Positions 23,092 to 35,038 of a stretch of DNA of 64,000 nt are shown in pieces. Under the pieces are notes generated by a model. It saw only the letters and a list, made by a program, of their open reading frames with translations. It had not been told where the DNA came from and did not search any database. Positions within the stretch are counted from its first letter, which is position 1, and every line of letters begins with the position of its first letter. The stretch spans positions 1,941-65,940 of the forward strand of contig CABYCL010000002.1 of NCBI GenBank assembly GCA_902517505.1, read 5' to 3'. Position numbers and translations under genes: made by a program. This DNA is from an uncultured SAR86 cluster bacterium (GTDB taxonomy: Bacteria > Pseudomonadota > Gammaproteobacteria > Magnimaribacterales > D2472).

Positions 23092-23484
23092 ATGTCAGAC
23101 CATATTAAAAGTGATAAAGAATGGAAAAAGCTCTTAGATCATGAAAGTTATAGAGTTGCTAGACAATCAGGAACTGAGAGACCATTTAGTGGTAAATATT
23201 GGAATTTCAACAAAGATGGAATTTATAAATGCGTTTGTTGTGGCCAAACTCTTTTTGAATCTGATACTAAATTCGATGCTGGTTGTGGCTGGCCTAGCTT
23301 CTTCGTGCCTTTTAATTCTAATTCTATAAGTGAATTTGAAGATAACTCATTTGGGATGAAAAGAACCGAGGTTAAATGCTCAAACTGTGATGCACACCTT
23401 GGACACGTTTTTAATGATGGGCCTCAACCAACTGGTTTAAGATATTGTATTAATTCTGTTTCCTTAGATTTTGAACAAAAATAA
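23092..23484 (+). CDS. msrB: peptide-methionine (R)-S-oxide reductase
   Basis: Two CxxC zinc motifs (CVCCGQ and [12 protein letters not shown]) and the catalytic RYCINS. Confidence 0.95.
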   Translation: MSDHIKSDKEWKKLLDHESYRVARQSGTERPFSGKYWNFNKDGIYKCVCCGQTLFESDTKFDAGCGWPSFFVPFNSNSISEFEDNSFGMKRTEVKCSNCDAHLGHVFNDGPQPTGLRYCINSVSLDFEQK

Positions 23485-25039
23485 TAAATTAATTTCAGAA
23501 TCCTCTGAGGGGTTATTTTCTAGCCTTAGAAAAGTTATTTCTGGAACAGGACTGTCTAGATTTTTTGGTTTAATAAGAGATATATCAACAACAAATCTTC
23601 TTGGAGCATCAATATTTCATGATATTTTTGTAATTTGTTTGAAGATACCAAATTTATTTAGAAGATTTTTTGCAGAAGGAGCATTCAACCAAGCATTTAT
23701 TCCAATATATAGCGATTTTGAGAAAGCTAACAATAAAAATGATACATATGAATTTTTAAACTCCCTTGCAGGCATTTTAATCAGTTCATTATTTATTTTT
23801 ACTTTATTGGTTTTAATTTTTGCTCCAATGTTTATCTTTATTTTTGCTCCTGGTTTTTATTTTGATCCTGTAAAAAAAGATTTGGCAATTAATGTTTTGA
23901 GAATAATGTTTCCATATCTTGCTTTAATTTCACTTGTAGCCTTTGCAGGTGGGATTCAAAATACTCATAAGAGATTTTCAATTCCAGCATATACACCTGT
24001 TTTTTTTAATTTATCCCTAATAATTGCTGCAGTGGCAATTGCGCCAAAGTACGAAATGCCTATTTATGTTCTGGCGTGGGGAGTATTTTTAGCAGGTATA
24101 GTACAGCTGCTAATTCAAATTTTACCTTTATGGAGAATAAATAGATTACCAATTCCAAAGCTTAATTTTAATAACTCTGGCATAAAAAAGTTTTTTAGAC
24201 TTATTGTTCCTGCAGTTTTAGCTGGTGGAATCATTCAAATTAATTTGCTGATAGACACAATTTTTGCATCTTTACTAGAAACAGGTAGCCCAACTTGGCT
24301 ATATGTTTCTGACAGATTAATTCAGTTTCCAATGGGAATTTTTGCGATTGCAATTGGCACAGTTTTACTGCCAACACTATCAAAATTTGATCTTATTCAT
24401 GAAAAAGATAAATTTATTTCAGGAATACAAAAGGGTCAAAAATTTGTTTTATATATTGGATTACCATCTTTAATAGGTTTGTTTTTCTGTGCAGAAGACT
24501 TGATAAGTACAATTTTTTATAGAGGCGCTTTTACATCAATGGATGTTATAAATTCATCGTATAGCCTTATGGCATTTTCATTTGGATTGCCTTTTTTTAT
24601 GCTCTTGAAAGTTTTAACTCCAGCATTTTTTGCAAGAAAGGATACCAAAACACCAATGTACGTTGCTTTAGTATCATTATTTTTGAATGTTATATTTAAT
24701 TATTATCTAGCATTTGTTTTAGATTATGGACACGTAGGCATTGCAATTGGTAGTTCTTTAGCAGCTATAATTAGCGTATTCACTTTAGAAATTGTTTTGT
24801 ATAGAGATGGGTTTATTAAATCAAAGAGTATTGTAAGTAAATTTAGTTTTAACATATTTATTTCAAGCTTATTTTTGATAATTTTTTTATATTTTTATAC
24901 TTCAGAGATAGATTTTATGAAATTAACCGAAGTTGAAAGGATATTTTATTTATCAATTGAAGTCTTAGCTTCTGTAATTATTTATTTTTCAATTTCAAGA
25001 TTAATGTTAAATAAACCATTCAAATTTTTATTTGATTAA
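23471..25039 (+). CDS. murJ: lipid II flippase MurJ (MviN)
   Basis: 522 aa polytopic protein. N-terminal [20 protein letters not shown] matches the MurJ signature. TTG start overlaps msrB. Confidence 0.85.
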   Translation: MNKNNKLISESSEGLFSSLRKVISGTGLSRFFGLIRDISTTNLLGASIFHDIFVICLKIPNLFRRFFAEGAFNQAFIPIYSDFEKANNKNDTYEFLNSLAGILISSLFIFTLLVLIFAPMFIFIFAPGFYFDPVKKDLAINVLRIMFPYLALISLVAFAGGIQNTHKRFSIPAYTPVFFNLSLIIAAVAIAPKYEMPIYVLAWGVFLAGIVQLLIQILPLWRINRLPIPKLNFNNSGIKKFFRLIVPAVLAGGIIQINLLIDTIFASLLETGSPTWLYVSDRLIQFPMGIFAIAIGTVLLPTLSKFDLIHEKDKFISGIQKGQKFVLYIGLPSLIGLFFCAEDLISTIFYRGAFTSMDVINSSYSLMAFSFGLPFFMLLKVLTPAFFARKDTKTPMYVALVSLFLNVIFNYYLAFVLDYGHVGIAIGSSLAAIISVFTLEIVLYRDGFIKSKSIVSKFSFNIFISSLFLIIFLYFYTSEIDFMKLTEVERIFYLSIEVLASVIIYFSISRLMLNKPFKFLFD

Positions 25040-26003
25040 AATGTATTTAATAAGAGGACAAAACAACTTAAAGTTATTCAAATCAAGATATCCCGATGTT
25101 CTTTTATCAGGCACAATAGGAAATTTTGACGGATTGCACTTAGGACATCAGGCAATTTTAGGAAAAATAAAAAATAATGCACAAAAATATAATGCAAAAA
25201 CAATAGTTTTTTTTACTGAGCCTCATGCTGCAGAGTATTTCTCAAAAGTAAGAGATAGGAATCAAATCCCACCTCCAAGAATATGTCCATGGAGAGAAAA
25301 AGTTCAACTTCTAAAAAAAAGTAAAATAGATTTTGCTTGCTTTTTAAAATTTAATAACAAACTGAGAACAATGTCACCCGATGACTTCATTTCTCAAATT
25401 TTAGATTCAATAAATTTAGTAAGTTTTACCGTAGGGGATGATTTTCGATTTGGAGCTGGCAGAAAAGGGGATACTGATTTATTAAAAAATTGGGGAGAGA
25501 AAAAAGGAATTTTGGTAGAAAATACCGAAACAATAACTTTAGACGGCCAAAGAGTAAGCAGCACAAGAATAAGAGAGGAACTCTTAAATAATAATTTTAA
25601 TAATGCAGAAAAATTACTTGGAAGACCATATACATTTTCTGGAAAAATCGTTCATGGTCAACATTTAGGAAGAACGATTAACATTCCAACTGCAAATATA
25701 TGGCTACCTAATCAAAGATTGCCAATTAAGGGGGTTTATGCAGTTAAATGTAAATTAAATAATCTAAGTTTAAATGGAATAGCTAATATGGGTGTTAGAC
25801 CAACTGTAGGTGGTGAAAAACCAGTATTAGAAGTTCACTTATTTGAATTTAATGAGAACATTTATTCCCAGAGAATACGTGTCAAATTTGTAGAAAAAAT
25901 AAGAGATGAAAAGAAATTTGATAATTTAGACATGTTAAAATCTCAAATCCAAGAGGATATATCGATAGCAAAAAATATTTTACGAAATTCCAATGACAGT
26001 TAA
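25032..26003 (+). CDS. ribF: bifunctional riboflavin kinase / FMN adenylyltransferase
   Basis: GNFDGLHLGHQ, PTANI and LEVHLFEF motifs; ribF-ileS-lspA-ispH synteny. Confidence 0.95.
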   Translation: MIKMYLIRGQNNLKLFKSRYPDVLLSGTIGNFDGLHLGHQAILGKIKNNAQKYNAKTIVFFTEPHAAEYFSKVRDRNQIPPPRICPWREKVQLLKKSKIDFACFLKFNNKLRTMSPDDFISQILDSINLVSFTVGDDFRFGAGRKGDTDLLKNWGEKKGILVENTETITLDGQRVSSTRIREELLNNNFNNAEKLLGRPYTFSGKIVHGQHLGRTINIPTANIWLPNQRLPIKGVYAVKCKLNNLSLNGIANMGVRPTVGGEKPVLEVHLFEFNENIYSQRIRVKFVEKIRDEKKFDNLDMLKSQIQEDISIAKNILRNSNDS

Positions 26004-28764
26004 CTATAGAGATACATTAAATCTTCCAGATACTGATTTTTCAATGAAAGCTGGATTGCCCAGAAAAGAGCCAGAGATACTGGATTTATGGTCCAAACAA
26101 GACTTATATGGAAAGATTAGAAAGAAATATGAGAATAAAGAACTATTTCTTTTACACGATGGACCTCCTTATGCAAACGGGGATATACACCTAGGACACT
26201 CAGTTAATAAAATCCTTAAGGATATAACTATCAAATATAAAACTCTTAGTGGTTTTAATGCCCCTTATGTGCCCGGCTGGGATTGTCATGGTTTACCAAT
26301 CGAACTAAATGTTGAAAAGAAACATGGAAAAAATAGTGAATTAGTAAAAAATAAAGAAAGTTTTCAAAAAGCTTGCAAAGAATATGCTGAAACTCAAATT
26401 AATAAACAATTAGATGATTTTAAAAGATTGGGAGTATTTGGTGATTGGGAAAATTCATATAAATCACTAGATCCAAAATTTGAAGCAGATATAGTTAGAT
26501 CTTTAGGCATCATATATAAAGAAGGTCATTTAGAGAAAGGTGAAAAACCTGTTCATTGGTGCCAAGATTGTGGATCATCCTTGGCAGAGGCTGAGGTGGA
26601 ATACATTGATAAGACATCAAAATCAATTGATGTTGCATTCAAGTTAGATGAAACATCTTTAAATAAGGTTAAGGACTTATTTAATACCAAAGAAGCAGAT
26701 GAAATTTCATTTGTGATATGGACTACAACACCGTGGACAATTCCTTCAAATGTGGCAGTTTGTATTAATCCTGAATATAAATACTCACTTATAAAAATGA
26801 ATAACAAATTCTATGTGATCGCATTTGAAATGGCTGATCATTGTAAAGAAAGATGGAAACAAAAATTTGAAGTTATATCCACAATTGAGGGTAAAAAATT
26901 AAGTGATATTTATCTCATTCATCCATTTTTAGAAAGAAAGTCAGTCCTTCTTCATGGAGACCATGTTACAACTGAAACAGGAACAGGATGCGTTCATACT
27001 GCTCCAGCTCACGGTATGGATGATCATTTAATATGTAAAAAAAATAATATTGACACAATAAATTCTCTCAATAATAAAGCTTTCTTTAAAGATGAGTTAG
27101 ATTTTATTGCGGGGCTTCCTGCCATAAAAGCAGATCCACTCATTGTTGAAAAATTACAAGAGCATAATGCACTCGTTAATATTGAAGATTATCATCATTC
27201 ATATCCCCATTGTTGGAGACATAAAACGCCTCTAATTTTCACATCAACTCCTCAATGGTTTATTTCAATGAAAAAAAACAATCTTATTAAAGATGCCTTG
27301 AATGATATTAAGAATGTAAACTGGGAACCTTCGTGGGGCTTTCAAAGAATTGAATCTATGCTTTCTGATAGACCTGATTGGTGTATTTCAAGACAAAGAA
27401 ATTGGGGAGTTCCAATAACTTTGGTTGTTCATAAGGATACTGGTGAAATCCATCCTGATCAAAAAGACTTATTTGAAAAATTTGCACAAGTTATTGAAAA
27501 AGATGGAATTTCAGCTTGGGATAAGTTGAATTTAGAAGATTTTATCGATGACCATGAAGAATATATTAAAACTTCTGACTCTTTGGATGTTTGGTTTGAC
27601 TCTGGTGTAACTCATTATGCAGTTTCATCAAAAAGATTTGGTAATGAAGTTATCTCAGATCTTTATCTAGAGGGTTCAGATCAACATAGAGGATGGTTTC
27701 AATCTTCATTATTAACTAGTATAGCTATGAATAATTCTGCACCATATAAAACAGTCCTTACTCATGGGTTTGTTGTAGATGAACAAGGAAGAAAACAATC
27801 AAAATCACTTGGAAATGTTGTTTCTCCTCAAAAAGTATGGGACAGCTTAGGAGCAGATATTTTAAGACTATGGGTGGCTTCAACTGATTTCAGAAGTGAA
27901 ATGGTTGCATCTGATGAAATATTGAAACGAACTTCTGATCAATACAGACGAATCAGGAATACATTTAGATTTATCTTGGGCAACTTAAGTGATTTTAATG
28001 ATAAAAATAAAGTTGAGTTCAATGACCAAGTTGAATTAGATAAATGGATCATCAATGAAACAAAAATCCTTCAAAAAGAAATTACAGAATTGTATCAATC
28101 ATATTCTTATCATAAGGCAACTCAAAAAATACATAATTTTTGTGTTAACGAATTGGGAGGAATATATCTCGATATTGTTAAAGACAGGCTTTATACATGC
28201 AAAAATGATTCTTTAGCAAGAAGATCATGTCAAACAAGCCTTGATTTTATACTAAATGTATTAGTAAGGCTTATTGCTCCAATACTTTCTTATACAGCAG
28301 AAGAAATTTGGCAAACTAGCGACAGATTAAATGATCAGGAGAAATCTGTTTTTCTATCAAATTTTGATACTTTTGAAATTGTATCGGAATCCAGTATCAA
28401 CCAGTCTGAATGGAAAAGAATTTTTGAAATTAAGGATGCTGTCAATCAGTCTATTGAAGAAATGAGAAATGATAATAAGTTAAAAGGGTCTCTTGATTCA
28501 GTAGTAAACATTCAAGCTACCTCAAATGACTTTAAAATTCTAAATAAGCTTGGAGACGAACTTCATTTTTTATTTATTTCTTCAGAGGCAAAAGTTAAAG
28601 AGGGAAAAACTTTTAAAATTAAAATCACTACTTCAAAAAATGCGAAATGTGTTAGATGTTGGCACAGGGATTTATCAGTAGGATCTATACAGGAACATCC
28701 AGAATTGTGTAATAGATGTATTGATAATATAGAAAATGATGGCGAGCAAAGAAAATCTGTATAA
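25993..28764 (+). CDS. ileS: isoleucine--tRNA ligase
   Basis: HLGH and KQSKS class I motifs, with a C-terminal Zn finger CVRCWH...CNRC. Confidence 0.97.
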   Translation: MTVNYRDTLNLPDTDFSMKAGLPRKEPEILDLWSKQDLYGKIRKKYENKELFLLHDGPPYANGDIHLGHSVNKILKDITIKYKTLSGFNAPYVPGWDCHGLPIELNVEKKHGKNSELVKNKESFQKACKEYAETQINKQLDDFKRLGVFGDWENSYKSLDPKFEADIVRSLGIIYKEGHLEKGEKPVHWCQDCGSSLAEAEVEYIDKTSKSIDVAFKLDETSLNKVKDLFNTKEADEISFVIWTTTPWTIPSNVAVCINPEYKYSLIKMNNKFYVIAFEMADHCKERWKQKFEVISTIEGKKLSDIYLIHPFLERKSVLLHGDHVTTETGTGCVHTAPAHGMDDHLICKKNNIDTINSLNNKAFFKDELDFIAGLPAIKADPLIVEKLQEHNALVNIEDYHHSYPHCWRHKTPLIFTSTPQWFISMKKNNLIKDALNDIKNVNWEPSWGFQRIESMLSDRPDWCISRQRNWGVPITLVVHKDTGEIHPDQKDLFEKFAQVIEKDGISAWDKLNLEDFIDDHEEYIKTSDSLDVWFDSGVTHYAVSSKRFGNEVISDLYLEGSDQHRGWFQSSLLTSIAMNNSAPYKTVLTHGFVVDEQGRKQSKSLGNVVSPQKVWDSLGADILRLWVASTDFRSEMVASDEILKRTSDQYRRIRNTFRFILGNLSDFNDKNKVEFNDQVELDKWIINETKILQKEITELYQSYSYHKATQKIHNFCVNELGGIYLDIVKDRLYTCKNDSLARRSCQTSLDFILNVLVRLIAPILSYTAEEIWQTSDRLNDQEKSVFLSNFDTFEIVSESSINQSEWKRIFEIKDAVNQSIEEMRNDNKLKGSLDSVVNIQATSNDFKILNKLGDELHFLFISSEAKVKEGKTFKIKITTSKNAKCVRCWHRDLSVGSIQEHPELCNRCIDNIENDGEQRKSV

Positions 28765-29221
28765 CTATAGATTTATATTAATTATCTTTCTATTAGTATG
28801 TTTGGATATATTCTCTAAAGTTATTGCAAATAATAACTTGTTATTTGGTCAGTCAGTAGACACTGTTTTTCCTCTCATTGAATTATTGCTAATCTTTAAC
28901 TCAGGAATTGCTTTTGGAATTTTTGATAATAATGGTGAGTTGGCTTCAAATTTATTATTGATATTAACTATATTGATTACTCTTTATCTTTTGTGGATGA
29001 TTATTAATGAAACTAAAGATAGAAATAAAATTGCTTTGTCATTTATAACTGGTGGCGCGATTGGAAATATCCTTGACAGAATTAATGACGGGAGCGTAAC
29101 AGACTTTCTTCATTTGAAAATATATAATTACTCGCTTTTTGTATTTAATTTAGCTGATGCATTTATAACGATAGGTGCGATATTAATTATATACTTTGAA
29201 TTTAAAGATTATTTGAAATGA
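28736..29221 (+). CDS. lspA: lipoprotein signal peptidase II
   Basis: 161 aa with four TM segments and GGAIGNILDR / FNLAD catalytic Asp motifs. Confidence 0.9.
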   Translation: MMASKENLYNYRFILIIFLLVCLDIFSKVIANNNLLFGQSVDTVFPLIELLLIFNSGIAFGIFDNNGELASNLLLILTILITLYLLWMIINETKDRNKIALSFITGGAIGNILDRINDGSVTDFLHLKIYNYSLFVFNLADAFITIGAILIIYFEFKDYLK

Positions 29222-30156
29222 CTACTGAAATAAAATTAGCCAATCCAAGAGGCTTTTGTGCTGGTGTTGATAGAGCTATAGACATTGTTAATAAAGCTCT
29301 TGATATATATGGGGCTCCTGTGTATGTGAAACATGAAGTTGTTCATAATAAAGTAGTTGTGGATGATTTAAGAAATAGGGGTGCAGTATTTGTAGAGGAA
29401 ATTGATGAGATTCCTGATGATTCATTAGTAATCTTTAGTGCCCATGGAGTATCTAGTGAAGTAGAGGAGACTACTAAGGCAAGAAATCTTAATTTTTTTG
29501 ATGCCACATGTCCTTTAGTTACCAAAGTTCACATGGAAGTAAGAAAACATGCTAAAGCAAATAGAGATATTATTTTAATTGGTCATGAAGGCCATCCCGA
29601 AGTTGAGGGTACGATGGGCCGTCATATAAACTCTGAAAATAGTTCAATATATTTAGTTCAAGATGAGAATGATGCATTAAATATTAATGTAAATAATAGT
29701 GAAAGTCTTGCCCTTGTTACTCAGACAACACTTAGCGTTGATGAGACAATTGTGATAATAGATATACTAAGAAAAAGATTTCCAAATATTGAAGTTCCAA
29801 AAAAAGATGATATTTGTTATGCAACACAAAACAGGCAGGATGCTGTAAAACAGCTAGCCCTTGAATCTGATTATATTATTGTAGTTGGATCAAAAAATAG
29901 CTCAAACTCGAATAGACTTAAAGAGCTTGCTGAAAAATGTGGTTGCAAATCAACTTTAATAGATGAATTTTCAGACTTAGATCTTGAGGATATTAAAAAA
30001 TTTAAAAATATTGCTATTACAGCTGGAGCATCTGCTCCAGAATCAAGAGTTATAGAGATCGCAAAATCTCTTGAAGATTATTTTGGAGCAAAGCTTATTG
30101 AGGATGGCGAAGATACCGAGAATGTTTATTTTAAAATGCCTCCTGGATTGAGATAA
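29218..30156 (+). CDS. ispH: HMBPP reductase IspH (LytB)
   Basis: PRGFCAGVDRA, DATCPLVTKVH and ICYATQNRQ motifs. Confidence 0.95.
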   Translation: MTTEIKLANPRGFCAGVDRAIDIVNKALDIYGAPVYVKHEVVHNKVVVDDLRNRGAVFVEEIDEIPDDSLVIFSAHGVSSEVEETTKARNLNFFDATCPLVTKVHMEVRKHAKANRDIILIGHEGHPEVEGTMGRHINSENSSIYLVQDENDALNINVNNSESLALVTQTTLSVDETIVIIDILRKRFPNIEVPKKDDICYATQNRQDAVKQLALESDYIIVVGSKNSSNSNRLKELAEKCGCKSTLIDEFSDLDLEDIKKFKNIAITAGASAPESRVIEIAKSLEDYFGAKLIEDGEDTENVYFKMPPGLR

Positions 30157-30696
30157 ATGGAAATTGAAAACCATATTTTTAAAAATATAAAATTCGTCAA
30201 TTCTCCAAATTCTAATGAAAGACCTGAAAACACAAAAATAAGCTTAATAGTAATTCACTCAATTAGCCTTCCTCCAAATGTTTATGGAAACAATTATGTA
30301 GAAGATTTTTTTATGAATAAACCCATCATTTCTGATCATGATTATTTTCAAGAGATTCAAGATATGAGAGTATCATCTCACCTTTATATAAAGAGAACTG
30401 GCGAAATTATTCAATTTGTACCTTTAAACATGCGAGCATGGCATGCTGGCGAATCATCCTATAAAGGCATTAAAGATTGTAATAACTATTCAATTGGAAT
30501 TGAACTCGAAGGAACAGACTGTGATGTTTATTCAAACGAACAATACGAATCATTGATTAAAATTTCAAGATTGATTATTAAAAATTATCCAGTAATTAAT
30601 AAGGATAATATTGTAGGCCATTCTGATATTTCACCTGGAAGGAAAACAGATCCTGGTAATAAATTTGAATGGGGAAGATATTTAGATGCACTATGA
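30157..30696 (+). CDS. ampD: 1,6-anhydro-N-acetylmuramyl-L-alanine amidase AmpD
   Basis: SPNSNERP...LIVIHSISLPP, AWHAG and GHSDISPGRKTDPG amidase_2 motifs. Confidence 0.85.
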   Translation: MEIENHIFKNIKFVNSPNSNERPENTKISLIVIHSISLPPNVYGNNYVEDFFMNKPIISDHDYFQEIQDMRVSSHLYIKRTGEIIQFVPLNMRAWHAGESSYKGIKDCNNYSIGIELEGTDCDVYSNEQYESLIKISRLIIKNYPVINKDNIVGHSDISPGRKTDPGNKFEWGRYLDAL

Positions 30697-31949
30697 TTAA
30701 GAATGACTTTTTAAAAATAATCTCATTCACGGGCTTTGGATTTTCCTCTGGTTTGCCTTATGTATTAATTCTAATAACACTCACTGCATGGTTAAGGGAT
30801 GTAGGCATAGATTTGAGTCTTATTGGTTTTATAAGTTGGATTAGCTTAGCGTATTCAATTAAATTTCTTTGGGCGCCATTTATCGATAGATTCTCGATAC
30901 CTTTTTTAAATATTTTTGGTTCACGAAGAAGTTGGATTGTTTTGATGCAAATAATAATAATTATTTCTTTATATATACTCTCAACTATAAATCCAATAAC
31001 AAATCTTTCTTTTTTTACATTTATTGCTCTAATTATTGCTTTGGCTGGTTCAATACAAGATATTGCAATAGATGCTTATAGAATTGAAAGTGCTAAGCTA
31101 GAAGATCAAGGAAATTTAGCAGCTGGTTATCAGTTCGGATACAGAATCGCAATTTTAGTAGGGTCCTCTTTAGCATTAATAATTGCAGCTAATTTCTCTT
31201 GGTCATTTGCTTATCAATTGATGGCTTTAATATTTATTGTGAACATAGTCTTATCAATGCTCATTTCAAGTGAATCACAAAATCATGATCTACAGAAGTT
31301 AAATCATATCAATTCAATAATTGAACCATTAAAGGATTTCTTTTCTAGATTTGGTATTAAGATGGCTTCAATTCTTCTCCTAATTGTAGCCACATACAGA
31401 TTAACTGACATTGTAATGGGCCCAATGGCAAATCCTTTTTATATTGATATGGGTTATACACTTGAGGAAATTGGTTATATTGTGAAAGTAGTTGCATTAA
31501 TTGCAACAATTTTTGGAGTTTTTCTTGGCGGCATATTAATAAAAAGAATTGGTTTGTATAAATCGTTAATAATTGGTGGAATTTTAGTAATGTTTACTAA
31601 TTTATTTTTTTCTTATGCAGCCTTAAGTGAAAAGAATTTGACTCTTTTAGCTTCAATAGTAGCTTCTGATAGCATTGCAGCAGGAATTGTTGGTACTGTA
31701 AATATAACTTTTTTAACTAGCTTGGTTTCCCAAAAATATACAGGATTTCAGTATGCATTATTAACCTCATTAATGGCATTTTTAGGAAAAATATTTGCCG
31801 GATTTTCGGGTTTGATAGTTGAAAATTTTCAAAGTTTATATGGTTTTTCCATCGGATGGATGTCTTTTTATATATTTACATCGATCTTGGCTTTACCAGC
31901 AATACTTATGATCTATCAAAACAGAAGTCACTTTTCATCAACTAAATAG
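30693..31949 (+). CDS. ampG: muropeptide permease AmpG (MFS)
   Basis: Polytopic MFS protein with KFLWAPFIDR motif. ATG at 30693 makes an ATGA overlap with ampD and is preferred over the track start at 30669. Confidence 0.8.
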   Translation: MIKNDFLKIISFTGFGFSSGLPYVLILITLTAWLRDVGIDLSLIGFISWISLAYSIKFLWAPFIDRFSIPFLNIFGSRRSWIVLMQIIIIISLYILSTINPITNLSFFTFIALIIALAGSIQDIAIDAYRIESAKLEDQGNLAAGYQFGYRIAILVGSSLALIIAANFSWSFAYQLMALIFIVNIVLSMLISSESQNHDLQKLNHINSIIEPLKDFFSRFGIKMASILLLIVATYRLTDIVMGPMANPFYIDMGYTLEEIGYIVKVVALIATIFGVFLGGILIKRIGLYKSLIIGGILVMFTNLFFSYAALSEKNLTLLASIVASDSIAAGIVGTVNITFLTSLVSQKYTGFQYALLTSLMAFLGKIFAGFSGLIVENFQSLYGFSIGWMSFYIFTSILALPAILMIYQNRSHFSSTK

Positions 31950-32293
31950 TGCAACTTAGTAGATTAATATTTTTTTCTTCACTTGTTGTGGTATTTATAT
32001 TAAGCACTATAAATGCGAGCGAGATTCCAAGATTTAATTCATTATCTATGTTGTCTGACAAATTAGTACATATATTAATTTATACATACTTAAGCTATGT
32101 TGGATCTATATGTAAGTTTAAGATTTCTAATCTGACTTTAGTTTTTTACATTTTTTTATTTGGAGCATTTATTGAATTGATACATTATTATCATCCATAT
32201 AGATATTTTGAGTATTTTGACTTACTTGCAAACCTAATTGGGGTTACAATTGCGCTGCTAATAATTAGGTTAAAAAATAATTTAATCTATTGA
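31949..32293 (+). CDS. VanZ-like small membrane protein
   Basis: 114 aa with four hydrophobic segments; DKLVH..., FIELIHY and DLLANLIGV patterns typical of the VanZ family. GTG start. Confidence 0.5.
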   Translation: MQLSRLIFFSSLVVVFILSTINASEIPRFNSLSMLSDKLVHILIYTYLSYVGSICKFKISNLTLVFYIFLFGAFIELIHYYHPYRYFEYFDLLANLIGVTIALLIIRLKNNLIY

Positions 32294-32316
32294 TTTATAA
32301 TTTTTAGCCCATAACT
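32288..32316 (+). promoter_or_regulatory. candidate sigma-32 heat-shock promoter of groESL
   Basis: TTGATT (32290-32295), then 12 nt, then CCCATAAC (32308-32315). The E. coli groE arrangement is CTTGAA-N13-CCCCATTT. The -10 lacks one C and the spacing is off by about 1 nt. Confidence 0.35.
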
Positions 32317-32357
32317 ACTGTCTAAGATAGATTTTAGTTATTTAAATGGAGAGATAA

Positions 32358-32645
32358 ATGAAGTTAAGACCTTTACATGATAATGTTCTTGTTAAAAGAA
32401 CAGAAGAAGAGGAAACATCTACTGGTGGCATTATTCTTTCTGGTTCTGCAAAAGAAAAGCCATCTCAAGGTGAGGTAGTTGCAGTCGGACCTGGAAAAGT
32501 TTCTGAATCAGGCGACTCAGTTTCTATGAATGTTTCAGTTGGAGATACAGTTATTTTTGGCCAATACGGCGGCAATGAAATCAAATTAGACGGTGAAGAT
32601 TATCTTATTCTAAGTGAAAGAGATATTTTTGGTGTCGTAGAATAA
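32358..32645 (+). CDS. groES: co-chaperonin GroES
   Basis: [14 protein letters not shown]...GGIIL mobile loop; GGAG RBS. Confidence 0.97.
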   Translation: MKLRPLHDNVLVKRTEEEETSTGGIILSGSAKEKPSQGEVVAVGPGKVSESGDSVSMNVSVGDTVIFGQYGGNEIKLDGEDYLILSERDIFGVVE

Positions 32646-32664
32646 ATTTTTAATAGGGAGATAA

Positions 32665-34311
<1,647 letters not shown>

Positions 34312-34335
34312 ATCTTTGATACTATTTAAAAATTT

Positions 34336-34359
34336 GGGGCATTTTGCCCCATTTTTTTT
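34336..34359 (+). terminator. Rho-independent terminator after groEL
   Basis: GGGGC-attttt-GCCCC hairpin (34336-34350) followed by a run of 8 T; an A-run lies upstream. Confidence 0.8.
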
Positions 34360-34400
34360 GTATAATTAACTTTAATAATAATATTTTTGGAGCTGCTTAA

Positions 34401-34577
34401 ATGAAAGCTATATATTTTTTACCAGTTTTTTCAATAAATTTATTTGCTCATATAAACAATACTATTCATTCTCATATGATTGATTTTTTTGTTAATTCGA
34501 TTATTTTATTTGCTTATGTTTCTTTAGGCTTAACAATGGCCCTAATTATTAGAGCAATTTATAGGAGGTTTGTATGA
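34401..34577 (+). CDS. unannotated 58-aa His-rich small membrane protein, translationally coupled to sodN
   Basis: Below the ORF-track size cutoff. ATG at 34401 is preceded by GGAG 8 nt upstream. Translation: MKAIYFLPVFSINLFAHINNTIHSHMIDFFVNSIILFAYVSLGLTMALIIRAIYRRFV. Its TGA overlaps the sodN ATG (ATGA). Confidence 0.45.
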   Translation: MKAIYFLPVFSINLFAHINNTIHSHMIDFFVNSIILFAYVSLGLTMALIIRAIYRRFV

Positions 34578-35038
34578 AAATTAAAGATGCAAGTGCACAT
34601 TGTGATATACCATGTGCTGTTTATGATCCAGGAGTAGCTCAATATGCTGCATTAAGTGTAATTAGATTTTTAGATTTAATTGGTGAGATGCCTGAAAAAA
34701 TAGAATCTAAGAAAGATCTAGCTCATTTATCTAGACTAGTTCAACAAAAAGAGGAACATGCCGTTGAAGTTAAGGATGCTGTAAAAACTATATGGGGTGA
34801 TTATTTTAAAGAGCCCCAAATGGAAAAATTTCCAGAAATTCATGATCTAACTCACTCAATCATGATGACAGCTTCTAAGTGTAAGCAAGACATTGATCGC
34901 CAGAATGGTGAAGATTTGATTGAAAAAGTTAACAGGTTTGCTGAGATATTTTGGGCAACAAAAGATGTTAAAACAGTAACTAAAAAATCTTTAAATCCAC
35001 CACATATGGATATTATCGTTCCAGTTTTAAGTGATTAA
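34574..35038 (+). CDS. sodN: nickel-containing superoxide dismutase (Ni-SOD) precursor
   Basis: An 8-aa leader (MKIKDASA) is followed by the nickel-hook HCDIPCAVYDP. AGGAGG RBS. sodX protease lies downstream. Confidence 0.9.
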   Translation: MKIKDASAHCDIPCAVYDPGVAQYAALSVIRFLDLIGEMPEKIESKKDLAHLSRLVQQKEEHAVEVKDAVKTIWGDYFKEPQMEKFPEIHDLTHSIMMTASKCKQDIDRQNGEDLIEKVNRFAEIFWATKDVKTVTKKSLNPPHMDIIVPVLSD

